A stretch of 64,000 bases of DNA from Polyangiaceae bacterium (GTDB taxonomy: Bacteria > Myxococcota_A > Polyangia > Polyangiales > Polyangiaceae), in contig JBILLK010000029.1 of assembly GCA_044376115.1 (NCBI GenBank), positions 1 to 64,000 on the forward strand, written 5' to 3'. Numbering within the stretch: the stretch's first letter is position 1; each line of letters opens with the position of its first letter. The notes under the pieces were generated by a model. It was not told where the DNA came from. It ran no database searches and worked only from the letters and a program-made list of their open reading frames with translations. Position numbers and translations under genes: made by a program. Positions 48,823 to 58,709 of this stretch are shown here, in pieces.

Positions 48823-50010
48823 GTGGCCTCAAAGAAGATCTCACTCGACGGTCGCTTGCTGCAGCGCAACGTAGTCCCGCCCGCGCTGGCCTGCCTGGGC
48901 TCGATCGTGGTTTTGGCGATCGCGCTCCACCCCGACACCGATCTGCTGATCCGGCTGATGGCGGTGCCAGGGGGCTTGTTGCTCGCGGCCCTTTGCCTTG
49001 CGACCGCGGCCAACAACAGCTTTCCTTTGGGCCGACCTTGCCGTGTCGACGCTTCGCAAGGAGAGCTGCACATCAGCGGGCTTCCGCCGATCGGCCGCGA
49101 TGCCATTCGCGGGATCACCACGCAGATGATTCGGCGCGGTGCTGCGCGGCTCAATCATGTGACGATCGTGCTCGAGCAACGCAACCTGTGGCTGGAGCTC
49201 CAAGATGCGGAGGTTGAACCGTTGCTCGAGGCCCTCGCGCTGCGACCCGAACACCGACGGGCTGGCTACCCGATTGGGTCGGGCTTGCGCACACGCATCG
49301 TCGTCGTCGGCGTTCTGGCGCTGCCAGTCCTGCTTTTCACCAAACTTCCGCTGGTCGTATTTGTTCTGCTGGTGGTCGTGGTGGCCTGGTTTGCAGGCAA
49401 CCTACGCGGACGCGCCGAGGTGGGCATCGATGGGGCGAGCGTGCGTTGGGCGCGCCTCCGATTCGTCCCGTTCGGCGAGGTGGCCAGTATCGACTGCGCC
49501 GGTGGTTGGCACGGTCCCACCACACAGCTTCACCTGCGTTCGGGTTCAACGTTGCGGCTGCGCACCCCGGCGCCGATCTCCAATGCCCATGCGCAGCGCG
49601 AGCTCGGCTACCGCATGTGTGAGCATCTCACGTTGGCGTTCGAGTCCTTCGGTGGAAAGAGCGAGGATCCGGCTCTGTTCGCCGCGCTGATGCGCGGCGA
49701 ACAGAGCGGCAAGCAGTGGCTGGAGACAGCGCGAACCGCGGCGCTCGGAGCTGGCTATCGCGCAGCCGCGATTGGGCTCGACCGCATGGAGCAAGTGCTG
49801 GTTGCGCCGGAGAGCCCGGCGGAGAGCCGCATCGCCGCTGCGGCCGTGATGCTGCGGATCAGCGAGGAAGGGCGCGCGCGGGTGCAGGTCGCTGCTACCT
49901 CGTGCGCGTCGCCGCTGGTTCGCCAAACACTGGAGACACTGCTCGCTACCGAGGACGAGGCGGAGCTCGCGAGCGCGCTGGAGCGATTCGAAGCGCCTCC
50001 ACTCCGCTGA
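48823..50010 (+). CDS. Hypothetical membrane protein (tandem paralog 1)
   Basis: Two TM pairs; GYRAAA, ESPAESRIAAA; co-linear with the next gene. Confidence 0.8.
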   Translation: MASKKISLDGRLLQRNVVPPALACLGSIVVLAIALHPDTDLLIRLMAVPGGLLLAALCLATAANNSFPLGRPCRVDASQGELHISGLPPIGRDAIRGITTQMIRRGAARLNHVTIVLEQRNLWLELQDAEVEPLLEALALRPEHRRAGYPIGSGLRTRIVVVGVLALPVLLFTKLPLVVFVLLVVVVAWFAGNLRGRAEVGIDGASVRWARLRFVPFGEVASIDCAGGWHGPTTQLHLRSGSTLRLRTPAPISNAHAQRELGYRMCEHLTLAFESFGGKSEDPALFAALMRGEQSGKQWLETARTAALGAGYRAAAIGLDRMEQVLVAPESPAESRIAAAAVMLRISEEGRARVQVAATSCASPLVRQTLETLLATEDEAELASALERFEAPPLR

Positions 50011-50018
50011 CCCGCAAA

Positions 50019-50079
50019 GCTCTAACGCCCGGGCTTCGAGCAGCCCCAGCTGCGACGGCTGCATTCGGCTGCGCTAGGC
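50019..50079 (+). other. Decayed attC-like hairpin between the paralogs
   Basis: GCTCTAAC after the stop, GCAGCC/GGCTGC stem, GCTAGGC end. Confidence 0.3.
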
Positions 50080-50088
50080 TGGCGGCAA

Positions 50089-51312
50089 GTGGCCGCAAAA
50101 ACGATCGCGATCAACGGGCGCTTGATGCGTCGCAACAACCTGCCTCCCGCGCTCGCCTGCGTTGGCTTGGTCGTGCTCATGGCGCTCGCGCTCCACCCCG
50201 CTACCGACACGCCCGGCAAGCTGCTCGCGGCTCCGATTTGCCTATTACTGGGCGTGATTGCGTTGGTCACGGCGGCGCGCAACAGCTATCCACTGGGCCA
50301 GCCGTGCACCGTGAGCGCGTCGAAAGGCGAGCTTCAGATCAGCGGACTTCCTCCAGTCGCGAGGGACGCAATCCGCGGCCTCACCACCCAAGCGGTTCAA
50401 CAAACCGAGGCGCGCTTGAGTCACCTTACGATCGAGCTGCAAGACCGACGGATTTGGCTCGAGCTTCGCTCCGAGGATGTCGAGCCGCTGCTGGAGGCCT
50501 TCGCGTTGCGCCCGGAGCATCGGCGAGCCACCTACCCCATTGGCTTCGGCTTCCTCCAACGGCTCGCAGTGACGACCATCTTGGTCGCTCCGGCGCTATT
50601 TTGGCCAGAGATCGATCGGCGAGTGGATCTCCTCTCCGTAGCCCTGCTGTTGATGCTCAGCCTCGTGGTCGCTCTGCCCTTTGCTTGGCTCGCGGGCTTT
50701 CTACGCGGTCGCGCCGAGGTCGGTATCGATGGCCTCAGCGTGCGCTGGCTGCGTCGCCGCTTTATTCCGTTTAGCGCGCTAAGCGCCGTCGATCGCGAGA
50801 AGGGCTGGCATGGTCTAACGGCGCTGCTATGCCTGCGCGCGGGCTCCACGGTCCGGCTGCGTACGCCTGCGCCGCTCGCGAACGCAGACGCCCAGCGAGC
50901 CCAGGGTGAGCAGCTGTGCGACCACCTGCGGCTGGCCTTCGATAACTTCGGTGAAACGCAAAGTGAGACCGCCGCCCTGTTCAGCGCGCTGCGCCGCGGC
51001 GAGCAGAACGGGCAGCAGTGGCTCGAGACCGCACGAGCCGTCGCCTTGGGCGCAGGGTACCGGGCGGCCGCGGCTGGGCTCGACCGCCTGGAGCAGGTAC
51101 TGGTTGCACCAGAGAGCCCCGCGGACAGTCGTATCGCCGCCGCAGCTGTATTGCTGCGAAACCACGACGTGGGCCGCGCGCGCGTACAGGCCGCCGCTAC
51201 CTCGTGCGCATCGCCGCACGTTCGAGAAGCGCTAGAGACGCTGCTCGCGACCGAGGACGAGGCGGAGCTCGCGAGCGCGCTCGAGTCATTCGACCGGAGG
51301 TTGATGCCGTAA
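50089..51312 (+). CDS. Hypothetical membrane protein (tandem paralog 2)
   Basis: Identical blocks shared with paralog 1 (RGRAEVGIDG, LETLLATEDEAELASALE). Confidence 0.8.
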   Translation: MAAKTIAINGRLMRRNNLPPALACVGLVVLMALALHPATDTPGKLLAAPICLLLGVIALVTAARNSYPLGQPCTVSASKGELQISGLPPVARDAIRGLTTQAVQQTEARLSHLTIELQDRRIWLELRSEDVEPLLEAFALRPEHRRATYPIGFGFLQRLAVTTILVAPALFWPEIDRRVDLLSVALLLMLSLVVALPFAWLAGFLRGRAEVGIDGLSVRWLRRRFIPFSALSAVDREKGWHGLTALLCLRAGSTVRLRTPAPLANADAQRAQGEQLCDHLRLAFDNFGETQSETAALFSALRRGEQNGQQWLETARAVALGAGYRAAAAGLDRLEQVLVAPESPADSRIAAAAVLLRNHDVGRARVQAAATSCASPHVREALETLLATEDEAELASALESFDRRLMP

Positions 51313-51366
51313 GACTCAAGCACGGGAGCTTGAAACAGCGCCACCATTCGCTGCTACGCTTAGGTC

Positions 51367-51975
51367 GTGGAGGTACCCGGATTCCCGCGTCTGTCGAAGT
51401 ACCTCGCCGTGCTTCCGAATGGGTTCTCCTCCTACCCGGAATGCCGTTCCAAAGGCGTGCTGCTCACCAGTGCGCTGGCCGAAGTCCCACGGCACGAGAG
51501 CTGGAACCGACTTCCTTCCGTCGTTCAGGAGGCGATCGAGCATCAGCCGTTAGCCACCGAGTGGGTCTCCACCGTGCTCAGCAATTCGGTGCAGTTCGCG
51601 GTAGCCGACACGTACTATCCGAGCGACGAACAGGTGCTGGCCTGGAATCGCAAACGGACGCAACTAGTAGCGAGCTCGACGTCCTACCGCGCGCTCGTGC
51701 AGCTCACCGGGGTGAAGCTCCTGCTACGAGCCGCGGTGCGCATCCACGCGATGTTTCAGCAGGGCACCGATTTGCGGGTGGAGTGGATCACCGAGACCGA
51801 GGCGCACCTATTCGTCGAGCACCCGCCCCACTTGCAAGGCGGCGCTTCGCACTTGGCCAATGAAGCCGTGTTTGGCGCGATGTTGGAGAAGGCGGGCGGT
51901 CACGAAGTGAAGGTGGCGATGATCGAATCGAGTCCGCGCAGGGCCGTATACCGCGCGAGCTGGCGCGACCTATAG
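51367..51975 (+). CDS. Myxobacterial hypothetical protein (DUF2378-like)
   Basis: YL..LP.G..SYPEC..KG start, LATEWV, YRASW end. Confidence 0.6.
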   Translation: MEVPGFPRLSKYLAVLPNGFSSYPECRSKGVLLTSALAEVPRHESWNRLPSVVQEAIEHQPLATEWVSTVLSNSVQFAVADTYYPSDEQVLAWNRKRTQLVASSTSYRALVQLTGVKLLLRAAVRIHAMFQQGTDLRVEWITETEAHLFVEHPPHLQGGASHLANEAVFGAMLEKAGGHEVKVAMIESSPRRAVYRASWRDL

Positions 51976-52014
51976 CGTCTGTGCAGCGCGCCGCTCGCCC
52001 AGCCAGGCTCGCGC

Positions 52015-52734
52015 GTGGTAGCGTCGCGCGTGCTCGAGGCCTCGAAACTTAGGAAGCAATACGGCGATTTCGTCGCGCTACAGGGGCTTGATCTGCGCGT
52101 CGAGGCGGGCGAGGTGTACTGCCTCCTGGGCGCCAACGGCGCAGGCAAGACCACCACCATTCAGCTCTTTCTCGGCTTCATCGAACCGAGCTCAGGCCAG
52201 GTCCGGATCGCAGGTCTGGACGTGCAACGTGAGCCGCTCGAGACCAAGCGCAAGACGGCCTACATCCCCGAGAATGTGATGCTCTACCCGAACCTCAGCG
52301 GGCTGGAGAACCTCAGCTTCTTCGCAGCGCTCGCCGGTCGCGGCGAGGTACCGGAGACCACGCTGCGCGAAACGTTGGCGCGCGTTGGTCTCGCCAAAGA
52401 GGCCGCGGATCGACGCGTAGGAACGTACTCCAAGGGCATGCGCCAGAAGGTAGGGATCGCCTTGGCGCTGGTGAAGGAGGCCCGCGCGCTGCTGCTCGAC
52501 GAGCCGACGAGCGGGCTTGATCCCAAGGCCTCCAACGAGTTTTCGGAGCTGCTTTTGCGCGTCAAGGATGAGGGCGTGGCCGTGCTGATGGCCACCCACG
52601 ACATCTTCCGCTCCAAGGCGGTCGGCGACCGCGTCGGCATCATGAAGCAAGGCGAGCTCGTGCAACAACTGGCGATGAACGAGGTCAGCGAGCTCGACCT
52701 CGAGCGCATCTACCTCGACCACATGAGCGAATGA
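52015..52734 (+). CDS. ABC transporter ATP-binding protein
   Basis: GANGAGKTT, YSKGMRQK, LLLDEPTSGLDP, ATHD; start may be GTG 52030. Confidence 0.93.
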   Translation: MVASRVLEASKLRKQYGDFVALQGLDLRVEAGEVYCLLGANGAGKTTTIQLFLGFIEPSSGQVRIAGLDVQREPLETKRKTAYIPENVMLYPNLSGLENLSFFAALAGRGEVPETTLRETLARVGLAKEAADRRVGTYSKGMRQKVGIALALVKEARALLLDEPTSGLDPKASNEFSELLLRVKDEGVAVLMATHDIFRSKAVGDRVGIMKQGELVQQLAMNEVSELDLERIYLDHMSE

Positions 52735-54170
52735 GTACGTCGACCCTCAACGTGCTTCGCCATTTGGTGCGTAAAGAGCTGCGTGAGCTGCTGCGTGACG
52801 GTCGCTTCTGGCTCGCTGGACTCGCGGTTGCGGGCCTGCTGAGCGCAGCGCTAGCGGTCGGGCTCAAACAGCAGCAGAGCCTCGCGCGTGAACATGCGCT
52901 GGCGCAAGCCAGCGCCCAGCAACAGTTCTTGTCGCAGGACGAGAAGAACCCGCACGAGGCGGCGCACTACGGCACCTACGTATTCAAACCCGTGGGGCTG
53001 CTCGGCTTCATTGACCCAGGCGTGGAACCGTATGTTGGCAGCTCGATTCGACTGGTGGCGCACGCGCGCAACGCGCCTGAAGGCGCACGCGCCGCTGAGT
53101 CGGCATCGTTTGGCAGGCTCGGCCAATTGAGCGTGGCTGCGGTACTTCAGCTGCTCGTACCGCTGCTGCTCCTGGTGCTCGGCTTCTCGACCTGGACGCT
53201 CGAGCGAGAGCGCGGCACCTTGCGTTTGTTGCTCTCGCTCGGTCGTAAGCCGAGCACGCTCTTCGTCGGCAAACTGCTCGGGCTGTTCGTTGCCCTGGCT
53301 TGTTTGCTGCTCCCGGCGCTGCTCGCCTTCGGCTTGGTGCTGATCGTGCTCGCGGAAGGGCCAAGCCCGCTCGATCGCTTGGCCGGGCTGGGTCTCGTCT
53401 ACGGCCTGGCCTTGGCGACGTTCCTTTTCCTTGCGGTGGGCATCTCGGCGCGAGCCACGTCCTCGCGCAGTGCGCTGGTGAACGTGCTCGCGTTGTGGGT
53501 GGGCATGGCGCTGGTGCTGCCGCGCGTCGCCAACTCGGTGGCCGAGCTTGCGGCGCCGGTGCTCGATCGCGAGGGCTTCGAGCGTGAGGTGGTCGCTCGG
53601 ATGGCGTCCGGTCTACCCGGTCAGGGCGGGCGCGAGGCGCGCGTCTCCGCGATCACCGAGGCGCTTCTCGAACGCGAGGGCTTCGCGGGCGCCGAGACGC
53701 TGATGGACCCGTCGCTGCTCGCGGGGCTCGAGCTTCAGGCCGAGGCGCAATACGAAAACGAGGTCCTAGACCAGCTGCACGCCGAGCGCGCCCAACAGCT
53801 CGAGCGCCGCGAGCAGCTGCTGCGTTGGTTCTCGTTGGCCGCACCGCCCCTGGCGCTGCAATCGAGTTCGGCGGCGCTGGCGGGGACCAACCACGCGCAT
53901 CATCGTCACTTCGCCGACGCGGCGGAACAACATCGCCGCGCGCTGATCGAGATGCTGAATCGCGCCTTCGCCGAGAGCGGCGGAGCCGACGGCTGGAGCT
54001 ACCGCGCGGGGCGCGAAACCTGGGCTAAAGCCCCGACCTTCGACTATCAGCCGCCGACGCTCAGCTGGTCGCTGGCCTCGCAACGCGTGCAGTTGGTAAG
54101 CCTCGGGCTTTGGTGCGTCGGCTCGCTGGTGTTTGCGGCCTGGGCATCTTCACGTGTGAAGGCCGTCTGA
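52731..54170 (+). CDS. ABC-2 permease, DUF3526-like
   Basis: KNPHEAAHYG, DPGVEPYVG, ERERGTLRLL; several TMs. Confidence 0.82.
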   Translation: MSTSTLNVLRHLVRKELRELLRDGRFWLAGLAVAGLLSAALAVGLKQQQSLAREHALAQASAQQQFLSQDEKNPHEAAHYGTYVFKPVGLLGFIDPGVEPYVGSSIRLVAHARNAPEGARAAESASFGRLGQLSVAAVLQLLVPLLLLVLGFSTWTLERERGTLRLLLSLGRKPSTLFVGKLLGLFVALACLLLPALLAFGLVLIVLAEGPSPLDRLAGLGLVYGLALATFLFLAVGISARATSSRSALVNVLALWVGMALVLPRVANSVAELAAPVLDREGFEREVVARMASGLPGQGGREARVSAITEALLEREGFAGAETLMDPSLLAGLELQAEAQYENEVLDQLHAERAQQLERREQLLRWFSLAAPPLALQSSSAALAGTNHAHHRHFADAAEQHRRALIEMLNRAFAESGGADGWSYRAGRETWAKAPTFDYQPPTLSWSLASQRVQLVSLGLWCVGSLVFAAWASSRVKAV

Positions 54171-55516
54171 TGCTTTGGCTCGCCGCCCGCCTCGAGTGGA
54201 AGAACCTGCTCCGTGAACGCGTCTTCTGGATCGCGATTGCGCTCTTTTCCAGCCTGGTGGCGCTCGCCGCAGCGGCCACTCGGCAAGAGCTCGCGCAGCA
54301 AGCTCGAGCGCAGGAGAGCAGCCTGCGAGCCGAGCGCAAAAACCTTGAACAACTCAAGCGCGAGCTGCCGTCCGACACCTTGCGCGTCGGGCAAGAGCTA
54401 CTGCCGCGCCTTGCCATCGTACCGAACGCAGCGCTCGCCCCGGTCGCGCTCGGGCAGCGCCAACTGCAACCGCAGACCGTCAAGCTCACCACCCAACCGC
54501 AGAGCCATGAAGGCGCGCAATTGGAGGCTTTTGCCGCCGCCACCGGCCCTTTCGATCTGGCGTTTCTGCTCGTCTACTTGCTGCCGCTGCTAGTGATCGG
54601 AGCTTCGTTCGACCTGCTCGCGCGCGAGCGAGAACAGGGCACCTTGGCGCTCGTGCTTTCGCAACCGATCGCGCTGACCACTTTTCTGCTCGGCAAGGCG
54701 CTCACGCGCATGGCGACGCTGCTGGGAGTGACGCTGCTCGTTACGCTGCTGGGGGCGTTGGCAGCAGGCGCGCAGTTGGGCAGCGCCGCAGCGCTCGGCG
54801 CCCTCGCGCTCTATACGCTGCTGTGCGCCTGCTACACGGCGTTCTGGTTTGCGCTCGCCTTGCTGGTCAACGCCTACGGTCGATCGTCGGCGGCCAACGC
54901 GCTGAGCCTGATGGTGTTGTGGCTCGGTCTGGTGGTGATCATCCCCGGGCTCGCGAGCGTTTTCGTAGAGGACGTCAAAGCTGGGCCGTCGCGCAGCGAG
55001 CTCGTCACCGCCTCGCGCGACGCAGCACGCGAGAGTCAGCAACGGCTGAAGCAAGCCGAGGGCAATCACGGTAAGAGCTCACTTTCGGCGCTGGACGTAT
55101 TGGCTACCCAGCGGGAGCTGGAGAACGAGGTCGCGCCCCTCGTGCGCGCCTTCAATGAGCGACGCAGCAGCGAGCAGCAGCGCATCGACAAGCTGCGCTT
55201 CAGCTCGCCCGCCCTGCTGATGAATGAGGCCCTTTCCGATCTCTCCGGCCACGGCGTCGCGCGCCAACGCCACTTCGAACGCGAGCAAGGCCGCTTTCAC
55301 GAGCTGCTGCGGAGCTTCTTCGAGCAGCGTCTCCAAGCCGAGGCCCCGCTCGCGGCGGCCGACTACGACGCGATGCCGGAGTACCGCTGGGTCGAGCCCA
55401 GCGCCCAGCCGATGGTGATACGTGTCCTCTCGGCCATCCTCGCGCTCACCGCCGCAGCAGCGGGCTTGTTCGCGTGGGCCATGCGTAGGTTGCGCAGCCC
55501 CGTCGCGCTAGGGTGA
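54170..55516 (+). CDS. ABC-2 permease, DUF3526-like
   Basis: GPFDLAFLLVYLLPL, EREQGTL, SPALL; TGATG overlap with the upstream gene. Confidence 0.82.
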   Translation: MLWLAARLEWKNLLRERVFWIAIALFSSLVALAAAATRQELAQQARAQESSLRAERKNLEQLKRELPSDTLRVGQELLPRLAIVPNAALAPVALGQRQLQPQTVKLTTQPQSHEGAQLEAFAAATGPFDLAFLLVYLLPLLVIGASFDLLAREREQGTLALVLSQPIALTTFLLGKALTRMATLLGVTLLVTLLGALAAGAQLGSAAALGALALYTLLCACYTAFWFALALLVNAYGRSSAANALSLMVLWLGLVVIIPGLASVFVEDVKAGPSRSELVTASRDAARESQQRLKQAEGNHGKSSLSALDVLATQRELENEVAPLVRAFNERRSSEQQRIDKLRFSSPALLMNEALSDLSGHGVARQRHFEREQGRFHELLRSFFEQRLQAEAPLAAADYDAMPEYRWVEPSAQPMVIRVLSAILALTAAAAGLFAWAMRRLRSPVALG

Positions 55517-55613
55517 GGGCCAGCCGCTCTGTAGGACACCGCTACTTGGCCAATCGGAGAGGAGCCGCAAAAAACGTGCGCAACGAGCTTCTGCCGTTAG
55601 GCTTGGATAACCC

Positions 55614-56963
55614 ATGCGAGCCCCCCCGCCAGAAGTCAGCGAACAGCCCGCCGCGAGACTCGGTCGAGCGTTGCTGTACGGCACCGTGTGGTCGGTCTTT
55701 ACAGTGGTATCGGTCTATACCGTTATGGCTCACGCCAGCCGACGGCACGAACTCATGCTCGCTGCTTTCGTCGCCGGCTTTCTACTACTTGCGGCACTGT
55801 CTCGCGCCGTGCTTGGGCCTCATGCTGCCAGGGCCGCCGCGTTCGCATTTGCGCCGATGGTCGTGATCGCGTTTGGCAGCTCGCGAACGGCGCAGAACAC
55901 CATCGTGTTTGGCTTTGGTGATTGGTGCGGTACCGGCCGCCTGAATGACGCCATCGTCTCCGCCTCGATGGCGCTGCCGATGGGCCTGTGCTCCATGGGC
56001 CTCTGGTATTTCCTCCGCATGCCCAGCCGGCAAAGGAGGTCAACCGGCCTGACTGCTCGACCGTACATTCTCATGTTAGTTGCGGCAGCACTTGGGCTCG
56101 GTGCAGTACTCGCAGCGGTTCGCGCTGGGACTCGTGCATCTGTCCAGGAGCTGCGGGCTGATAGTACGCAGCTCGAGTTGATCCCGATCGAGGAGTTGCG
56201 CTCGAGGGTGATTGAAAGCAATAGCGGTTTTGCGCTCGAGCTCAGCTGTACCAACGGGCGTTGGATGGATCCACAGCTCGCGGTGCCTGTGAATCGGCTT
56301 GGTTGCGTGGTGTCTCTGCCGCAGCCGATGGCGGTGGGCAAGCGGAGTGCGTTCAACGGGCCCCCAGCGCCATCCGCACCTCCTTCGACTCCGGTGCAGG
56401 TTGGCGACGAGATCGCGATCGAGCGCGGCCTCGATGGGCGCGTGTGGAGGATTGACGTGCTTCGGGCTGGAGCTCAAAACCGCGGAGAAACAGCGCCATT
56501 GGCTGTACTGCTCGACGGCGCCCGGGTTCCATACGTACGAGCGGGGCAACTTGCTCCCGCGCTGGGACCTCGCCCCCCCATCGCTATGCTCGGCGCCCTC
56601 GCCTGCCTGCCGCTCCTCGCGCTGATCGGCTGGGTCGTGCGCTCGCGTCGTCGCATTGCCACGGTGATGGGCGGTCGTGAAGGCGAGCTCGACGCTGAAG
56701 GGCGTGTGCGCCTCGGCAGCGATTACCTACCGCTCGCAGCGGGCCTCCGCGGGATGGAGCCGGGGCCCGTCGTGGTCCTACGCTGCGTGGAGAGTGAGCA
56801 TTACCGCGCCACCCAATCGGTCAGCGAGCTACTACCCGGCACCCAGGATGAACTCGTCCAACACGAGGTCGAGGTTCGCAAAGAGTGGACGACGGTCGTC
56901 GTGGTCGCGGCCGCCGTCCTCGCGGCGCCGCTCGTCGCAGCCGCCACGCTCGGACTGCTTTAG
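55614..56963 (+). CDS. Hypothetical multi-pass membrane protein
   Basis: Several TMs, WCGTG motif, GPVVV...YR C-terminal region. Confidence 0.65.
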   Translation: MRAPPPEVSEQPAARLGRALLYGTVWSVFTVVSVYTVMAHASRRHELMLAAFVAGFLLLAALSRAVLGPHAARAAAFAFAPMVVIAFGSSRTAQNTIVFGFGDWCGTGRLNDAIVSASMALPMGLCSMGLWYFLRMPSRQRRSTGLTARPYILMLVAAALGLGAVLAAVRAGTRASVQELRADSTQLELIPIEELRSRVIESNSGFALELSCTNGRWMDPQLAVPVNRLGCVVSLPQPMAVGKRSAFNGPPAPSAPPSTPVQVGDEIAIERGLDGRVWRIDVLRAGAQNRGETAPLAVLLDGARVPYVRAGQLAPALGPRPPIAMLGALACLPLLALIGWVVRSRRRIATVMGGREGELDAEGRVRLGSDYLPLAAGLRGMEPGPVVVLRCVESEHYRATQSVSELLPGTQDELVQHEVEVRKEWTTVVVVAAAVLAAPLVAAATLGLL

Positions 56964-57077
56964 CAATCACCGCCCACTGCACGCTGTAGATCGACTAGTA
57001 GCAATTCTTTGAGGAACTCTTAGCCCAGACCGACTTGCGCTCGCGCACAAAAGCCTTCACACCGTCGATGCAACGCT

Positions 57078-57467
57078 ATGGTCAACGCCTGCCGAACGTA
57101 CGCTTTCACGATGCTCCTTGGGCTTCCCCTGCACCTAGGCTGCGTGAGCGAGAGTGAGCGAGAAGCCGAAGCCGACAGCTCGCTGCAGGCACCGTATCTC
57201 GACACGGTCGCGGCGATGCACGGGGCGCTCCACGTGTTTTGGACAAACGAAACGCTCAATTGCGACGCCATTGAGGTCGAGCGCTCAACGGCAGACCAGC
57301 CCTACGAGGTCATCGCCGCTGTGGAGTCCGACGTGGAGGACCTCGCCGATGACGACGCCACCGACCCGTCCATTCTCTACAGCTATCGGCTTCGTTGTCG
57401 GAAGGGTGATCTCTACTCGCCCTACTCCAATGAAGACGCCCGCTCCCCCAAAGCTGACGACTCCTGA
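57078..57467 (+). CDS. Fibronectin type III-like lipoprotein
   Basis: Lipobox-like HLGC; W...IEVERS...YSYRLRC...YSPYSNE. Confidence 0.7.
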   Translation: MVNACRTYAFTMLLGLPLHLGCVSESEREAEADSSLQAPYLDTVAAMHGALHVFWTNETLNCDAIEVERSTADQPYEVIAAVESDVEDLADDDATDPSILYSYRLRCRKGDLYSPYSNEDARSPKADDS

Positions 57468-57482
57468 ACCCGAGACCTCAAT

Positions 57483-58655
57483 ATGACCCAACGCCCGCTC
57501 GTCGGTATCGCGCTTTTGATTGCAGCTTGCGACTCGGAATCGACGTCGACTGAGCCAGAAGCAGACTCTTGCGAGTCGAACGCTGATTGCAGCTCGTCCC
57601 AACCTTATTGCGAGCCCGCGAGCAACGCTTGCATTGCCGCTCCGCCCGGCTCCGAGCTCGGCTTGGGGGATGGCAGTGCCCAGTCGGTCACCTTCACCGT
57701 TATTCTCGAGGACAAAGTCCTCAAACGTCCGGTCGACCTCGGCTTCGACCCTAGCTATCCCAACCGCCTGTGGGTCATCAATCGGCAAGACGACAGCGTG
57801 GTCGTGATCACCAACCCCGGGACACCGGCGATGAGCTTCGACCGCATCAAGGACCCGGCTGCGGCACACTTCATGGCCTCGCCCCCCGCCTTCGAGTTTG
57901 GAGCGGTGGACGAGACGTACGGTCAGACCTTCGGGATCTGCGGCGACGGTAACAATGGCGGGGACAACTTCATGGGCCCCGCACTGTTCTCCTCGGAGCT
58001 CGACGTGTTTGCGACGCAGAACGAGGTAACCGGGCTCGGCTCGCATCTCGACATGCTGCACTCGACCACCTTCTGCAAAGGCATCGCGCACGTCGACGCG
58101 AACCGTTACTTCGCGTTCAACGGCAAGAAAGGGTCAATCGACCTCTATGACTTTGCCGACGACCACGGACCTGGCTTCGACGATCACTCGGACGGGCACA
58201 TCTTTCGCTACGTCGAGGGCTGGGTGAGCGGAGTGGAGGAGGTCTCCAGCCACCTCGACTACGACCCGACGACGAAGCTCCTCTACATTGCTGACACCGG
58301 CAACCAACGGGTGCTCGCGCTGGACACGACCACTGGAACGCAAGGCGATAGCTTCGGTGGCCTCGAGGAGGTCGAGACGCGCATCGAGATGGTCGATGCC
58401 GAGCTTGGGGAATTGGTCGGACCGGAGAAGGTGCAGAGCCCGAGCGGCGTGGAAGTACGCGGGGACGTGATCTTCGTTTCCGACAGCGCCACGAGTAAGT
58501 TCCACGCCTTCAGTCGGTCGGGTGAGGAGCTCCGCAGCCTCGCTACCAACCTCGACATTGGCTCAATCGGCGGCTTCACCTTCGGTCCGGACAACAAGCT
58601 CTACTTCGTCGACATCCTTGGTGGGCGGGTGCTGCGCGTCGACCCGCTGCGCTGA
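57483..58655 (+). CDS. His-rich beta-propeller (NHL-like) lipoprotein
   Basis: Lipobox IAAC; LWVIN, LYIADTGN, IFVSD repeats; HFM, HLDMLH, DHGPG.DDHSDGH. Confidence 0.78.
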   Translation: MTQRPLVGIALLIAACDSESTSTEPEADSCESNADCSSSQPYCEPASNACIAAPPGSELGLGDGSAQSVTFTVILEDKVLKRPVDLGFDPSYPNRLWVINRQDDSVVVITNPGTPAMSFDRIKDPAAAHFMASPPAFEFGAVDETYGQTFGICGDGNNGGDNFMGPALFSSELDVFATQNEVTGLGSHLDMLHSTTFCKGIAHVDANRYFAFNGKKGSIDLYDFADDHGPGFDDHSDGHIFRYVEGWVSGVEEVSSHLDYDPTTKLLYIADTGNQRVLALDTTTGTQGDSFGGLEEVETRIEMVDAELGELVGPEKVQSPSGVEVRGDVIFVSDSATSKFHAFSRSGEELRSLATNLDIGSIGGFTFGPDNKLYFVDILGGRVLRVDPLR

Positions 58656-58709
58656 CCGCGAGAGCGGGTAGCGGGCACCATCGGCTCGACCCACCACCGG
58701 CTCGACCCA

